A DNA stretch of 29,674 nt from Octopus sinensis (Eukaryota). A program made the translations under genes and the position numbers. Every line of letters starts with the position of its first letter. Within the stretch, counting starts at the first letter, position 1. Below the pieces are notes generated by a model. That model searched no databases, had not been told where the DNA came from, and worked only from the letters and a program-made list of their open reading frames with translations. The stretch covers positions 1-29,674 of the forward strand of contig NW_021832944.1 of assembly GCF_006345805.1 (NCBI RefSeq), written 5' to 3'. Below are positions 1-10,119 of the stretch, piece by piece.

Positions 1-80
1 CTCCAGTCCACTCAGCTGGCAAAAATGAGTAGTACTTGTATTGCAAAGGAGCCAGCCTTGTCCTATTCTGTGTCACGCTG
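1..80. mobile_element. Fragment of an interspersed repeat (SINE-like), truncated by the element starting at 81
   Basis: Resembles an Octopus repeat I recall (CTCCAGTCCACTCAGCTGGCAAAAATGAGT...); breaks abruptly at 80/81. Recall only. Confidence 0.35.
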
Positions 81-387
81 TTTCGGATGCCGAGGTGGAA
101 ACCCACACCACCATCCCTTCGGTTATCTGGCCATCTCAAAAACGCTATGAACAAAGACCGTTATACAAAGGGAAATTACTGTGTTATAGTCCGCCACTTA
201 TACAAAAGCGCTAATTCGAATGACCGGTAAGTAACCGAAGAGATGGTGGTGTGGATTTCCACCTCGGCATCCGAAACTCGGATTTTTATTCTTGGCCAGC
301 GAATAATTGTCACATATTATTTTACAGATAAAAACCTCTATTTACATAATATTGAGGTCTCTTTCTTTTGTTATCTTACCGTTTTTA

Positions 388-391
<4 letters not shown>
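81..391. mobile_element. Non-coding fold-back element with inverted arms carrying a degenerate hammerhead-like motif
   Basis: 81-125 and 232-276 are 45-bp inverted repeats with 2 mismatches. A second copy at 3526-3719 shows the arm extends to TGTGACAATTATTC, whose complement ends at 314. The unit runs into (TA)n at 392; the 314-391 extension is less certain. Confidence 0.7.
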
Positions 392-421
<30 letters not shown>

Positions 422-422
422 T

Positions 423-629
423 TGTGTGTCTGTGTTTGTACCACTAGCATTGCTTGACAACCGATGGTGGTGTGTTACGTCCCCGTCACTTAGCGGTTCG
501 GCAAAAGAGACCGATAGAATAAGTACTGGGCTTACAAAGAATAAGTCCCGGGGTCGATTTGCTCGACTAAAGCGTGTGCTCCAGCATGGCCGCAGTCAAA
601 TGACTGAAAAGTAAAAGAGTAAAAGAGTA
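423..629 (+). mobile_element. SINE family A, 3' half
   Basis: GCTTGACAACCGATG...GCGGTTCGGCAAAAGAGACCGATAGAATAAGTAC...CAGCATGGCCGCAGTCAAATGACTGAAA plus a short AAAAGAGT repeat tail; shared with 7 other copies here. Confidence 0.9.
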
Positions 630-633
630 ATAT

Positions 634-664
<31 letters not shown>

Positions 665-1268
665 TATATGTATATATATACATATATATAATATATATAT
701 ATAAATATACTAGCATGCGTACACATATACATACATGTGTGTGTGTGTTTATGTTTGTATATCAGCACATTAGCTCACACACATCGTTCTACACAAAACA
801 CAAAGGACTTACTCCATGGAATTTATAAATCAAAGCAAAATAAAAGCGAATTATTTGATAACAAACACTGTCTATCCTGGCAACACGCTACCACATGACA
901 ACAACACAACCCTTCTATTGTTATTTTCCGATTGCTCTAAGTTTTGCAGTGTTCTGTAGAGTTTAGAGCAAAAGAGAATGACATCAAATATCAAAACAAT
1001 ATGAAATTCATTGATAAAGAATGAAAAAATAAATAAATATTGACACGACAAACACCTGATACACACCTTGAATTAAACCACAAAATCGATCGTGATCATA
1101 TTCGTTTCATCCAGCAGATAAGAAAAATTTCAGAGAAGTATATATTAGATGCAGACGGAGCCAAATAATTTTTTTGTTTTTCAAGCAAAACGTAACGAAC
1201 TTGTAATGTGATTTCAAATTATTGCCAGGAGTATTTAGAATTAGATTATTGCGATCGTTTTAATGATG

Positions 1269-1311
<43 letters not shown>

Positions 1312-1343
1312 CTAGATAGATAGATAGATAGATAGATAGATAT

Positions 1344-1423
<80 letters not shown>

Positions 1424-1450
1424 GATAGATAGATAGATAGACAGATAGAC

Positions 1451-1534
<84 letters not shown>
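1269..1534 (+). repeat. (GATA)n microsatellite
   Basis: Near-pure tetranucleotide array. Confidence 0.98.
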
Positions 1535-1535
<1 letters not shown>

Positions 1536-1698
1536 TGTTTCTATATTAGCCACACGGGGCTGCACACAGACAACACAAATTACAAGGTAGAGCTTTTCTT
1601 TTGGGGGTAAAAAAAGGGGGGTTGGTTTTCGATCAAAAGGGATCGTAAAGGGAAAGAAAGAGGACAAAAAAGGGGGTGATAAAATTTTTTTAAAAATT
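1535..1698 (-). mobile_element. Short 3'-UTR stub of an L1/Tx1-like LINE, flanked by (GATA)n
   Basis: Highly similar to 1836-2010 (ATGTTTC..ATTAGCCACAC.GGGCTGCACACAGA..CAAATTACAAGGTAGAGCTTTTCTTTTG; CGATCAAAAGGGATCGTAAAGG). Confidence 0.8.
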
Positions 1699-1749
1699 GA
1701 TAGATAGATATATAGATAGACAGACAGACAGACTGACCGACAGGCAGAC

Positions 1750-1792
<43 letters not shown>

Positions 1793-1835
1793 GAGACAGA
1801 CAGACAGACAGACAGATAGATAGATAGATAGATAG
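1699..1835 (+). repeat. (GATA)n/(GACA)n compound microsatellite
   Basis: Direct reading. Confidence 0.95.
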
Positions 1836-3025
1836 TATGTTTCTTATTAGCCACACAGGGCTGCACACAGATAGAACAAATTACAAGGTAGAGCTTTTCT
1901 TTTGAAGGTTTAAAAAAAAAAAAATAATAAAAAAAAAATAAATAAAATCAAAAAGGGGGGTCGATCAAAAGGGATCGTAAAGGAGAGAAAGAGGCCAAAA
2001 AGGGGGGGGTTAAAAAAAAAGGGGGGATAGGAAAAAAATTGATCAATAGGGATCGTTATCACAGAAATGTCAATATGAAGTGTAAAGGGAGGACAGGTGA
2101 GGTTACCCGTGGAAAGAAAAGCCTACGGAAAAGACCACGGTAACCTCGGTCAATGAAGTCACATGTTATATTTCTTTTTTTTTTTTTGCAAATAAGCAAC
2201 TCTCTGTATTAATTTTTACGGTTCATAGAATCATAGTCAAGGTGGCTTCGTCATTCATACGTGCCATCCTGCTACATTCACCCATCTTTTTTTTAAAACA
2301 TTCACTAGACAAACACTTGCCTCTCTACTCTCACTTTTTCTTCAAGTGATACTTGAAGATTGATGAGAGATTGACCAGAAGGAAAGTGTTTGTCTAATCC
2401 TTTCAGACGCGTCCACCAGATACATTCTTTCGCCATAGCCGCAAGTATGATAAAAATAGCTCTTCCTTCCCGTTTGAAGGAAGGAGGCGTGACGATATTA
2501 ACGATAGACTCGGCGGATAAACCGACACGTCCCACACGTGACAGCAGTCGTTCGACATAAGCCCACAGGTGGAAAATTGCTGGACACTGCACGATTGCGT
2601 GCAGAGCGGTTTCGTCGCTCTGCCCGCATCTCGGGCAGTCGGCCCCGTGTTTCTCGAGCCATGCCTATAGAGCTTATCCCGAACGGGTAGCGCTTCTCGT
2701 AGCACCGCCAGGCCAGGGATCTCTGGAAGTTGTCCATAGGTCCCGGCCGAAAGTCGTTTGAAACAGGCGGTCAGGTATTCCTCGTCGACGCCCAGGTTGC
2801 CCCGAGCTCGTCGTCGTACCTCCCCTCCACTAATCCCCTATAGAATGCTTTGGTTGTGTTGAAGTCACTCAAGGTCGACCCGGGACGGCAGAGTTGCTTG
2901 AGAGCAACGCGACACTCGCGGTGCCATTCGCCCTTCTTCGGCCTCTTTTTGATCCACGACTGTAGTTCGGTCATGGAGACGAGTTGCGGGAATGCGTGCC
3001 TCACAAACGGCGACCACACCTGTTC

Positions 3026-3027
<2 letters not shown>
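1836..3027 (-). mobile_element. 5'-truncated L1/Tx1-clade LINE (ORF2 C-terminus with zf-RVT/CCHC, frameshifted, plus 3' UTR)
   Basis: Joining minus frames gives QRSLAWRCY/REALPVRDKLYRHGSRNTGPT..DET.LH...QCPAIFHLWAYVERLL...AMAKECIWWTR, an L1/Tx1-type C-terminal zinc region. (GATA)n lies directly on both sides. Confidence 0.8.
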
Positions 3028-3100
<73 letters not shown>

Positions 3101-3170
3101 TTAGACACATAGACAGATAGATAGATGGATGGATGGATGGATGGATGGATAGACAGACAGACAGACAGAC

Positions 3171-3245
<75 letters not shown>

Positions 3246-3246
3246 C

Positions 3247-3306
<60 letters not shown>
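3028..3306 (+). repeat. (GATA)n microsatellite with GGAT/GACA variants
   Basis: Direct reading. Confidence 0.97.
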
Positions 3307-4260
3307 GTTTTTATCATGGCCATACAGTGCTAAACACAGAAAATAGACTAAATACAATGTAGAGTTTTTTTCTTTTCGAGGTGGGATGGGTGGGACACAC
3401 AAAGAAAAAGTTCGATCAATAGGGATCTTTGGGTAATGTGGTGTACAAAAAAAGAAAGAAATATATAAAGTTCTCCCCCTCAAAAAAAGAGGTGTGATCG
3501 ATATATATATATGTATGTGTGTGTGTGTGACAATTATTCAATAGCCAAGATATAACTCTGAGTTTCGGATGCCGAGGTGGAAATCCAGACCACCATCTCT
3601 TCGGTTATCTGGCCATCTGAAAAAACGCTTTGAAAAAAGAACGTTATACAAAGGGAAATTATTGTGTTATAGACCGCTACTTATACAAAAGCGCTAATTC
3701 GAACGACCGCTAATTAACCCCAGGCGGTTCAAAATGTACATAATAGTAAGTACCTTTCCTCTCGTTATAGATTTATACTTAAAATGGTGTCGTCTTTGAT
3801 TCTGACCATTCTTGCCACATTTACCAATTGTTATTGAAACTTTCATTCGACAACACTTTCCTCTCAATTCTCTCTTTCAAGTGGTACTTGAAAAAGGTTG
3901 ACGAGAGACTGACCAGAGAGGAAAGTGTTTGTTTGTAAGCCTTTCAAACGCGTCCACCATACGCATTCTTTCGCCATAGCTATCAGTGTTACGAAAACTG
4001 TTTTTCCTTCCCGTTTAAAGGAAGGTGGCGGAAGAATACTCACGATAGACTCGGCCGATAAGCGGGCCCGTCCCACACGCGACAACAGCTGTTCGACGAA
4101 AGTCCACAGCTCTGAAATATCTGGATACTGCACGAGTGCGTGCAGAACGGTTTCTTCGCTCTGACCTCACCTCGGGCAGGTCGGCCCGGTGGTTTTCGAA
4201 CCGTGTCTGTAGCTCTTCTCTCGAAATGGTAGTGTGTCCCAATAGCATTGCCAAGCCGTG
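3307..4260 (-). mobile_element. Second, diverged L1/Tx1-like LINE 3' fragment, interrupted at about 3500-3720
   Basis: ORF 3864-4133 (QYPDISELWTFVEQLLSRVGRARLSAESIV...AMAKECVWWTRLKGL) is clearly homologous to 2305-2592. The 3' end 3307-3430 resembles 1836-1990 and abuts (GATA)n. Confidence 0.8.
3526..3719. mobile_element. Second copy of the 81-391 fold-back element (left arm and core; right arm lost)
   Basis: 3563-3719 is a direct, slightly diverged repeat of 81-236; preceded by (TA)/(TG) runs. Confidence 0.8.
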
Positions 4261-4492
4261 ACTAACTAGTAACAGGAACTAAATTACTATGACTTGTTAG
4301 TATATGAAATTTATAGGGGGGTAATGTTCGACAGTGACATGAAGAGACGAAAAAAAATGTCCATAACAGAAAATTAAGAAACATGGATATTTTCCTAAAC
4401 ATACCAGTTGACTAAAACGCTTTAATATCGTAATCAGCTGGAACTGAGCCCAGAAAAATGTCAATGGGAACATGACAGCCTCTAATATATGT

Positions 4493-4533
<41 letters not shown>

Positions 4534-4538
4534 TACAT

Positions 4539-4690
4539 ACGTGTAGTCTTTTTATCAATTATATACATTTATATTTATTGGTACATAATTTATAGAAGAT
4601 TTAATTAATTTTTTTCTATATGGTATATTTAATTATATCATTCTTATTTCATTGTGATTTGATAAAGGTGGTTCTTCTCTAATTTATATA
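4539..4690. mobile_element. AT-rich unit between (TA)n runs, related to 22587-22830
   Basis: Reverse complement TATAAATTAGAGAAGAACCACCTTTATC...AATTAAATATACCATATAGAAAAA aligns with TATAAGTTAGAAAAAACCCACCTTTTATC...AATTAAATTATACCATTTAGAAAAA at 22587. Confidence 0.55.
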
Positions 4691-4705
4691 CATATACATA
4701 TATAC

Positions 4706-4743
<38 letters not shown>

Positions 4744-4762
4744 CTATATATAATATAGATAT

Positions 4763-4797
<35 letters not shown>

Positions 4798-4904
4798 GTA
4801 TGATGTAATAAGAGAACAATTCTTAGTGGTAAGACCATAACGGATCTTCTTCTAGCGTAAGCGTTTCCACATAGTGGTAATTCCCTCTTTTATGTATGGT
4901 AATA

Positions 4905-4907
4905 ACA

Positions 4908-4979
<72 letters not shown>

Positions 4980-5009
4980 GTGTGTATATATATACATATT
5001 ATGTATGTA

Positions 5010-5060
<51 letters not shown>

Positions 5061-5085
5061 TATATATATATATATGTACATATAT
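4905..5085 (+). repeat. (TA)n-rich microsatellite
   Basis: Direct reading; similar runs at 4495-4530 and 4685-4800. Confidence 0.95.
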
Positions 5086-5239
5086 ATTATTTAAGTAGTT
5101 GAATGAATTATGCCTAGTATGGATAATTCGGTTAACCGATACCCGGGTAGCAAATTTACGTCAGAAAGCACGGTTGAAGCTACATGCTAAGGGCAGAAAT
5201 CACGTGCTTTCGTGTGGAAATTTGTGTGTTTTTTTACAA

Positions 5240-5522
5240 TAGATAAATGAAAGAATGGAGTCGAACGACGATTTAACAAAATTCCTTTATTCTCGACACA
5301 TGTTTCGAAGACTGCATAATCACTATGGACTCCGTGTGGGCAGTCATCTAAAAGATCTTGTTCGTCATGATGCTGACATAAGTTCCTTGGCTTTCCTGAT
5401 GAGAAGACGGCATAATGCACCCTTTATTCCTTTGGAATTAAGAATATGCAGTCTTCGAAACATGTGTCGAGAATAAAGGAATTTTGTTAAATAGTCGTTC
5501 GACCCATTCTTTCATTTATCTA
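5240..5522 (+). mobile_element. Fold-back non-coding element (Penelope pLTR/retrozyme-like) containing a hammerhead ribozyme
   Basis: Inverted arms 5240-5318 and 5445-5522 differ by 1 mismatch and 1 indel; hammerhead at 5380-5484; right end abuts (CA)n/(TA)n. Confidence 0.75.
5380..5484 (+). ncRNA. Type I hammerhead ribozyme, intact core, GUC cleavage after 5468
   Basis: CUGAUGA 5396-5402; stem II GAAGACGGCAUA (5403-5414)/UAUGCAGUCUUC (5445-5456); GAAA 5457-5460; stem III AC[AUGU]GU then C17 = 5468; stem I UUUC/GAGA, a 3x3 internal loop, then AAGUUCCUU/AAGGAAUUU. Confidence 0.85.
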
Positions 5523-5551
5523 CACACACACCTCCCACACACACACATAAT

Positions 5552-5622
<71 letters not shown>

Positions 5623-5710
5623 GTATGTGTGTGTGTGTGTGTTATGTATTATGTATGTTGTATGTATGTATGTATGTATGTATGAATGTATGCATGTATG
5701 TATGTATTTG
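5523..5710 (+). repeat. Compound (CA)n/(TA)n/(TG)n/(TATG)n microsatellite
   Basis: Direct reading. Confidence 0.95.
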
Positions 5711-5897
5711 TATTATTGATGGATTATCTTGGGTAACGTATAGCCAGAATCTTTCGAGGGCCAACTATGGCACTGTCCATCGATGATGAGGATTCAGTTC
5801 TTCAGTGAGCAGAGTTACCTGCTCCTGAATGAATGTGAAAAATAACTGAGAAATCCACAGAAACGTGTACGTCCCATTTAGTTCTCTGGCTGTAATG

Positions 5898-6103
5898 TTG
5901 ATTTCAAATTTTGGCACAATGCCTGCAATTTCGGGCGAGGCAATACACCGACCCCAGTTTTCAACTGGTATTTAGTTTACCAGGCCCGAAAGAATGAAAG
6001 GCAAAGTCGACCGCGGCGACATTTGAACTCAGAAGATGAAGACAGAGGAAATTGCAGCAAAGGATTCTGCCCGGTGCGATGACCACTCGGCCAACTCGCC
6101 ACC
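5898..6103 (-). mobile_element. SINE family B, diverged copy
   Basis: Reverse complement matches 24200-24433 (GAGTTCAAAT...GGTCGACTTTGCCTTTCAT.CTTTCGGG). Confidence 0.8.
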
Positions 6104-6126
6104 TGACCAGGCTGTACTATAGATAA

Positions 6127-6296
6127 GTCTTTCTATTATAGGCACAAGGCCTTGAATTCGGGGGAGAGGGGGTAAATCGATTAGATCAAACCCCTAGTAC
6201 TCAGCTAGTACTTAACATATCGATCCCGGTATTTGAACTCAGAACGTAGCGGCAGACGAAATACTGTTCAGCATTTCGTCCGCTCGCTTCCTTAAA
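6127..6296 (-). mobile_element. SINE family B, internally deleted, with 16-bp target-site duplication
   Basis: ATTTGAACTCAGAACGTAGCGGCAGACGAAATAC matches family B; flanked by GCTGTACTATAGATAA (6111-6126) and GCTGTACTATAAATAA (6297-6312). Confidence 0.8.
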
Positions 6297-6570
6297 GCTG
6301 TACTATAAATAATGGAGAGTTGCATTCACCAGATTCGATTCTGTAAAGGATTCTCTCGATCCAGTTTCATTCACAAGGAATATATTGATTCTGATTCGAT
6401 TATAGAGAAAATGGCATTTTCTTATAATGGCATCGAGCGACATCAAAATTAATATCACATGTTAAATAGTAGTTCTTATGAACGTTCATTTGTTGACCGC
6501 CCATTTTCTATTTTCGCCTCATACTTCCTTACTTTTTATTACAATGACGAATAGTGATCATCCTCGCCGT

Positions 6571-6632
6571 TACTGTACTCAATACTGTACTCAATATCTG
6601 TACTCAATATCTCAATATTGTACTCAATATCT
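6571..6632 (+). repeat. Short imperfect tandem repeat, unit about CTGTACTCAATA(T)
   Basis: About 5 copies of a TACTCAATA core. Confidence 0.8.
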
Positions 6633-6748
6633 GGCAAACTCCAGCCGGCCCCGATGAATGTCGCGGCTCAGGCATCCTAGGTTAATCGAGTTTGCAATTT
6701 GCAACGTCTGGTTATCATTAGATTAATGTATGTATGTGAATATATTTT

Positions 6749-7185
6749 GGCGCAGGCATGGCTGTGTGGTAAGAAGCTTGATTTCCAACCACATGGTTTT
6801 AGGTTCAGTCCCACAACGTGGCACCTTAGGCAAGTGCTTTCAACTATGGCCCCGACGCGACCAAAGCCTTTTGAGTGGATTTTGTAAACGGAAACTGAAA
6901 GAGATCCGTCGTATATGTATGCGTGCGCAAGAGAGAGAGAGTGTGTGTGTGCTTGTGTGTGAGTCATTGCGTATGTGTTTGTCCGCCGCTGCCTCTTGAC
7001 AACAGATTTTAGTATGTTTACGTCCCCGTAACTTAGCGGTTTGTCCAAAGCAACCGATCAAAAGCACCAGGATTTATTAAAAAAATATTAGCTACGGGAG
7101 TCGAGTCTTGAGATTAAAATTATTCAAGGCGGTGCCCCAGCATGACCGCTGATTAATGACTGAAACAAGTAAAAAACAAAAAAGA
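6749..7185 (+). mobile_element. SINE family A, full length, diverged
   Basis: tRNA-like head (TGGCTGTGTGGTAAG A-box-like, GGTTCAGTCCC B-box-like), CORE-like GTGGCACCTTAGGCAAGTG, internal (GA)/(GT) microsatellite, conserved 3' part. Confidence 0.9.
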
Positions 7186-7874
7186 TATCTATATATATAT
7201 ACATATATACATACATATATTTGCGCGCGCCTATGTGTCCATATATTATGTGCATGTGTATGCATATATGTGTATGTATATATTTATGTTAATAAAATAT
7301 TCTATTTCAAGGAGGCATCTTGCTTTTCATTGGATGATGTGAGAATTCAAAACCCCTTAGAGCTCTTAAGCATAGCACACAGTTTGAAAAGAACGCCATA
7401 AAAGGAATGATCGAGACGTGATAGGGGAAACGTGCAGAGACAACAATGATGGGTGGAAAATAATAATAATTATTATTCTATTATTATAATAATAATAAGA
7501 AGAAAAATAACAATTATATAACAACAAGTAATCCATAAAGGAAATGCTCTTGTATGAGAAAAGGCAGTGAGGGCTATAAAAAACCTTTAAATGAAGTAGG
7601 CAAGCGATTGAATTGTAAAACAAAACAGATTAAAAATGCATATATGTATTAAAGGCGTTAAATATAAAATATAGAAAGAATAGAGAAAAAGGTTCCTAAG
7701 ACGGATCATAGGATAAAAATGTGCTTAGAAAATTTCATGCAAGGTGAAAAATTATTGAATTAAAATTCCCGAATTAAATATGCATGAGATTAAACTGTCA
7801 ACAAAGTATTTTTAATAACGAAAACCTCTCAAGGGAGATGAGACTTTACGCATGTGTATTGCATGCGTGTATAA

Positions 7875-7875
7875 T

Positions 7876-7926
<51 letters not shown>

Positions 7927-8084
7927 AATAAGCTATATATGTATATGTATATATATATATAGTATATATATATATATATATAATATATTATATATATATA
8001 TAAATATACGGAAGACCTTTTTGAACTAAGGGCGAAAAAGGCGAACATTTATCTCTCTCTCTCTCGCTCTTGAATATATATATA

Positions 8085-8129
<45 letters not shown>

Positions 8130-8151
8130 TATATATATATATATTAATATA

Positions 8152-8200
<49 letters not shown>

Positions 8201-8283
8201 CGAAGGCAGCCGTACGCACATATAAAACCCAAAGGAAAAATTCAAAAATGGAAAATGATAAACGAAATGTACGTATGTATGAA

Positions 8284-8341
<58 letters not shown>

Positions 8342-8546
8342 ATATATATATATGTTATATATATATACATTATATATATACATATATACATACATACATA
8401 CATACATACATACATACATACAATACATACATACATAGACAGCTACACACGCACAAACACACAAACATATATATATGTATATATATATATATATATATAA
8501 CTATATATATATATATATGTGTGGTGTGTGTGTATACATATGTGTA

Positions 8547-8595
<49 letters not shown>

Positions 8596-8620
8596 TGTAT
8601 GTATGTATATATACGCACCT
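7875..8620 (+). repeat. Cluster of (TA)n/(TACA)n/(TG)n microsatellites with short unique spacers
   Basis: Direct reading. Confidence 0.9.
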
Positions 8621-9001
8621 GCGTGCGTGTGAATTTTATACATAAAACCTATCAGAACTTATAGTTACTCAAATCATAATTTTATTTATGTATGAAGTGT
8701 ATGCGCAAGAATGTGCGTGTGTGCACGTGTGAGAGCGCGCTCCATCAAGTCCGCTTCATACTGAAGACTTTTGTTAGGATTTATACGTTATTTTAATGAT
8801 TTTTTACGAATTTTGTTTCAAAGTTGTTTGCGTTAGGAACAATCAACTTCACCAACACGCACACATACACCCACACACAAGCACACATACACGCATATAT
8901 ATATATATTATGCATATAGCTATGACGATATACAGAGTGCTGCGAAAGCCGTCATACACGTTTCACGCGTTCACAAAACCATAGAGGTTATTTATAAAGT
9001 A

Positions 9002-9356
9002 CTAGCAGTATCGCCCGGCGTTGCTCGGGTTTGTAAGGGAAATAACTATATAAGCATTTTTAGAGAGTTATAGCAAAAAATAGCAAAAAATCGTTGACTC
9101 ATCGTAGACATTTTTAGAGAGTTACTTCTCTTATATAATAGCAAAAAACATGCATTAAAATGGAAAAAAATTATGGTAATTTTTTTTTAAATCGTAGACT
9201 CATCGTAGACGCGCGCTAATACCCAGAAGGGCTCGATATGAATCACGACTATAAGATACCCGGTTTTGGTTAAACTGCACTGCAAAATGTGGGAGTAGTT
9301 AGGAATCTAAATTGTAGGAGACAGACAGCACACAACTTGACTTTTATATATAAAGA
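9002..9356 (-). mobile_element. Non-autonomous Helitron (355 bp)
   Basis: Minus strand starts TC (9356-9355) and ends CTAG (9005-9002), with a GC hairpin at 9014-9029 just upstream of the end; inserted between A and T. Internal direct repeats CATTTTTAGAGAGTTA and GACTCATCGTAGAC. Confidence 0.85.
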
Positions 9357-9591
9357 TATCTTAATAGCGTTCCAACAGAGAACGTTCTGTGCTGCACGGC
9401 TCCAATTTAATGCTACGGAAAAATATAAAAGTAAACCTGTAAAAAACGCTAGCTATCCGTTATAAACTCCGTATCTCAACTAGAGACACATCTATGGTAG
9501 TCTTAAAGTAGACTTTTCTGTCACAGCCTGCTTATGTCTATCTAACTGCCTATCTACCCTCTCTCTCTGTATATGTGTGTATGGAGGAATA

Positions 9592-9767
9592 GGCGCAGGA
9601 GTGGCTGTGTGGTAAGTAGCTTGCTTCCCAACCACATGGTTCGAGGTTTAGTCCCGCTACGTTGCACTTTGGACAAGTGTCCTTTGCTAAAGCCTCTTGC
9701 CAATCAAATCCTTGTGAGTTGATTTGATAGACGGAAACTGAAAAAAGCCCGTCATATACATATATAT

Positions 9768-9811
<44 letters not shown>

Positions 9812-10010
9812 CTGTGTGTCTGTCTTTCCTCCCCCACCATAGCTTGACAACCGATGTTGGTGTGCTTACGTCCTGTAAATTAGCAGTTCGGCAAGTGATA
9901 CCGATTGTATAAGTACTCAGCTTACAAGGATTAAGTCCTCGGATCGATTTGTTCGACTAAAAACAGTGCTCCAGCATGTCCGCTGTCAAATGACTGAAAC
10001 AAGTAAAAGT
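9592..10010 (+). mobile_element. SINE family A, full length
   Basis: GGCGCAGGAGTGGCTGTGTGGTAAG head, internal (TG)n, 3' end AAATGACTGAAACAAGTAAAAG. Confidence 0.92.
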
Positions 10011-10119
10011 ATGTATGCAGGGTGCGCTGAATAAACTGTCGTCTAAATTACGCAAGAACGTAAACAACCCCGACATCTCATTTTAACAGATCTATTTACC
10101 AAAATTGCATGAAAATATC

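Noticed and set aside
5745-5810. Minus-strand CUGAAGA...GAAA
   Set aside because: No 10.1-11.1 closing pair and no stem III or NUH site.
6749-6830. tRNA gene calls at SINE heads
   Set aside because: A/B-box-like motifs without a full cloverleaf; they are SINE heads.
8009-8037. CGGAAGA-CCTT..AAGG-GC-GAAA hammerhead-like trace
   Set aside because: Core mismatch, unpaired junction, no stem I or III; possibly a relic but unsupported.
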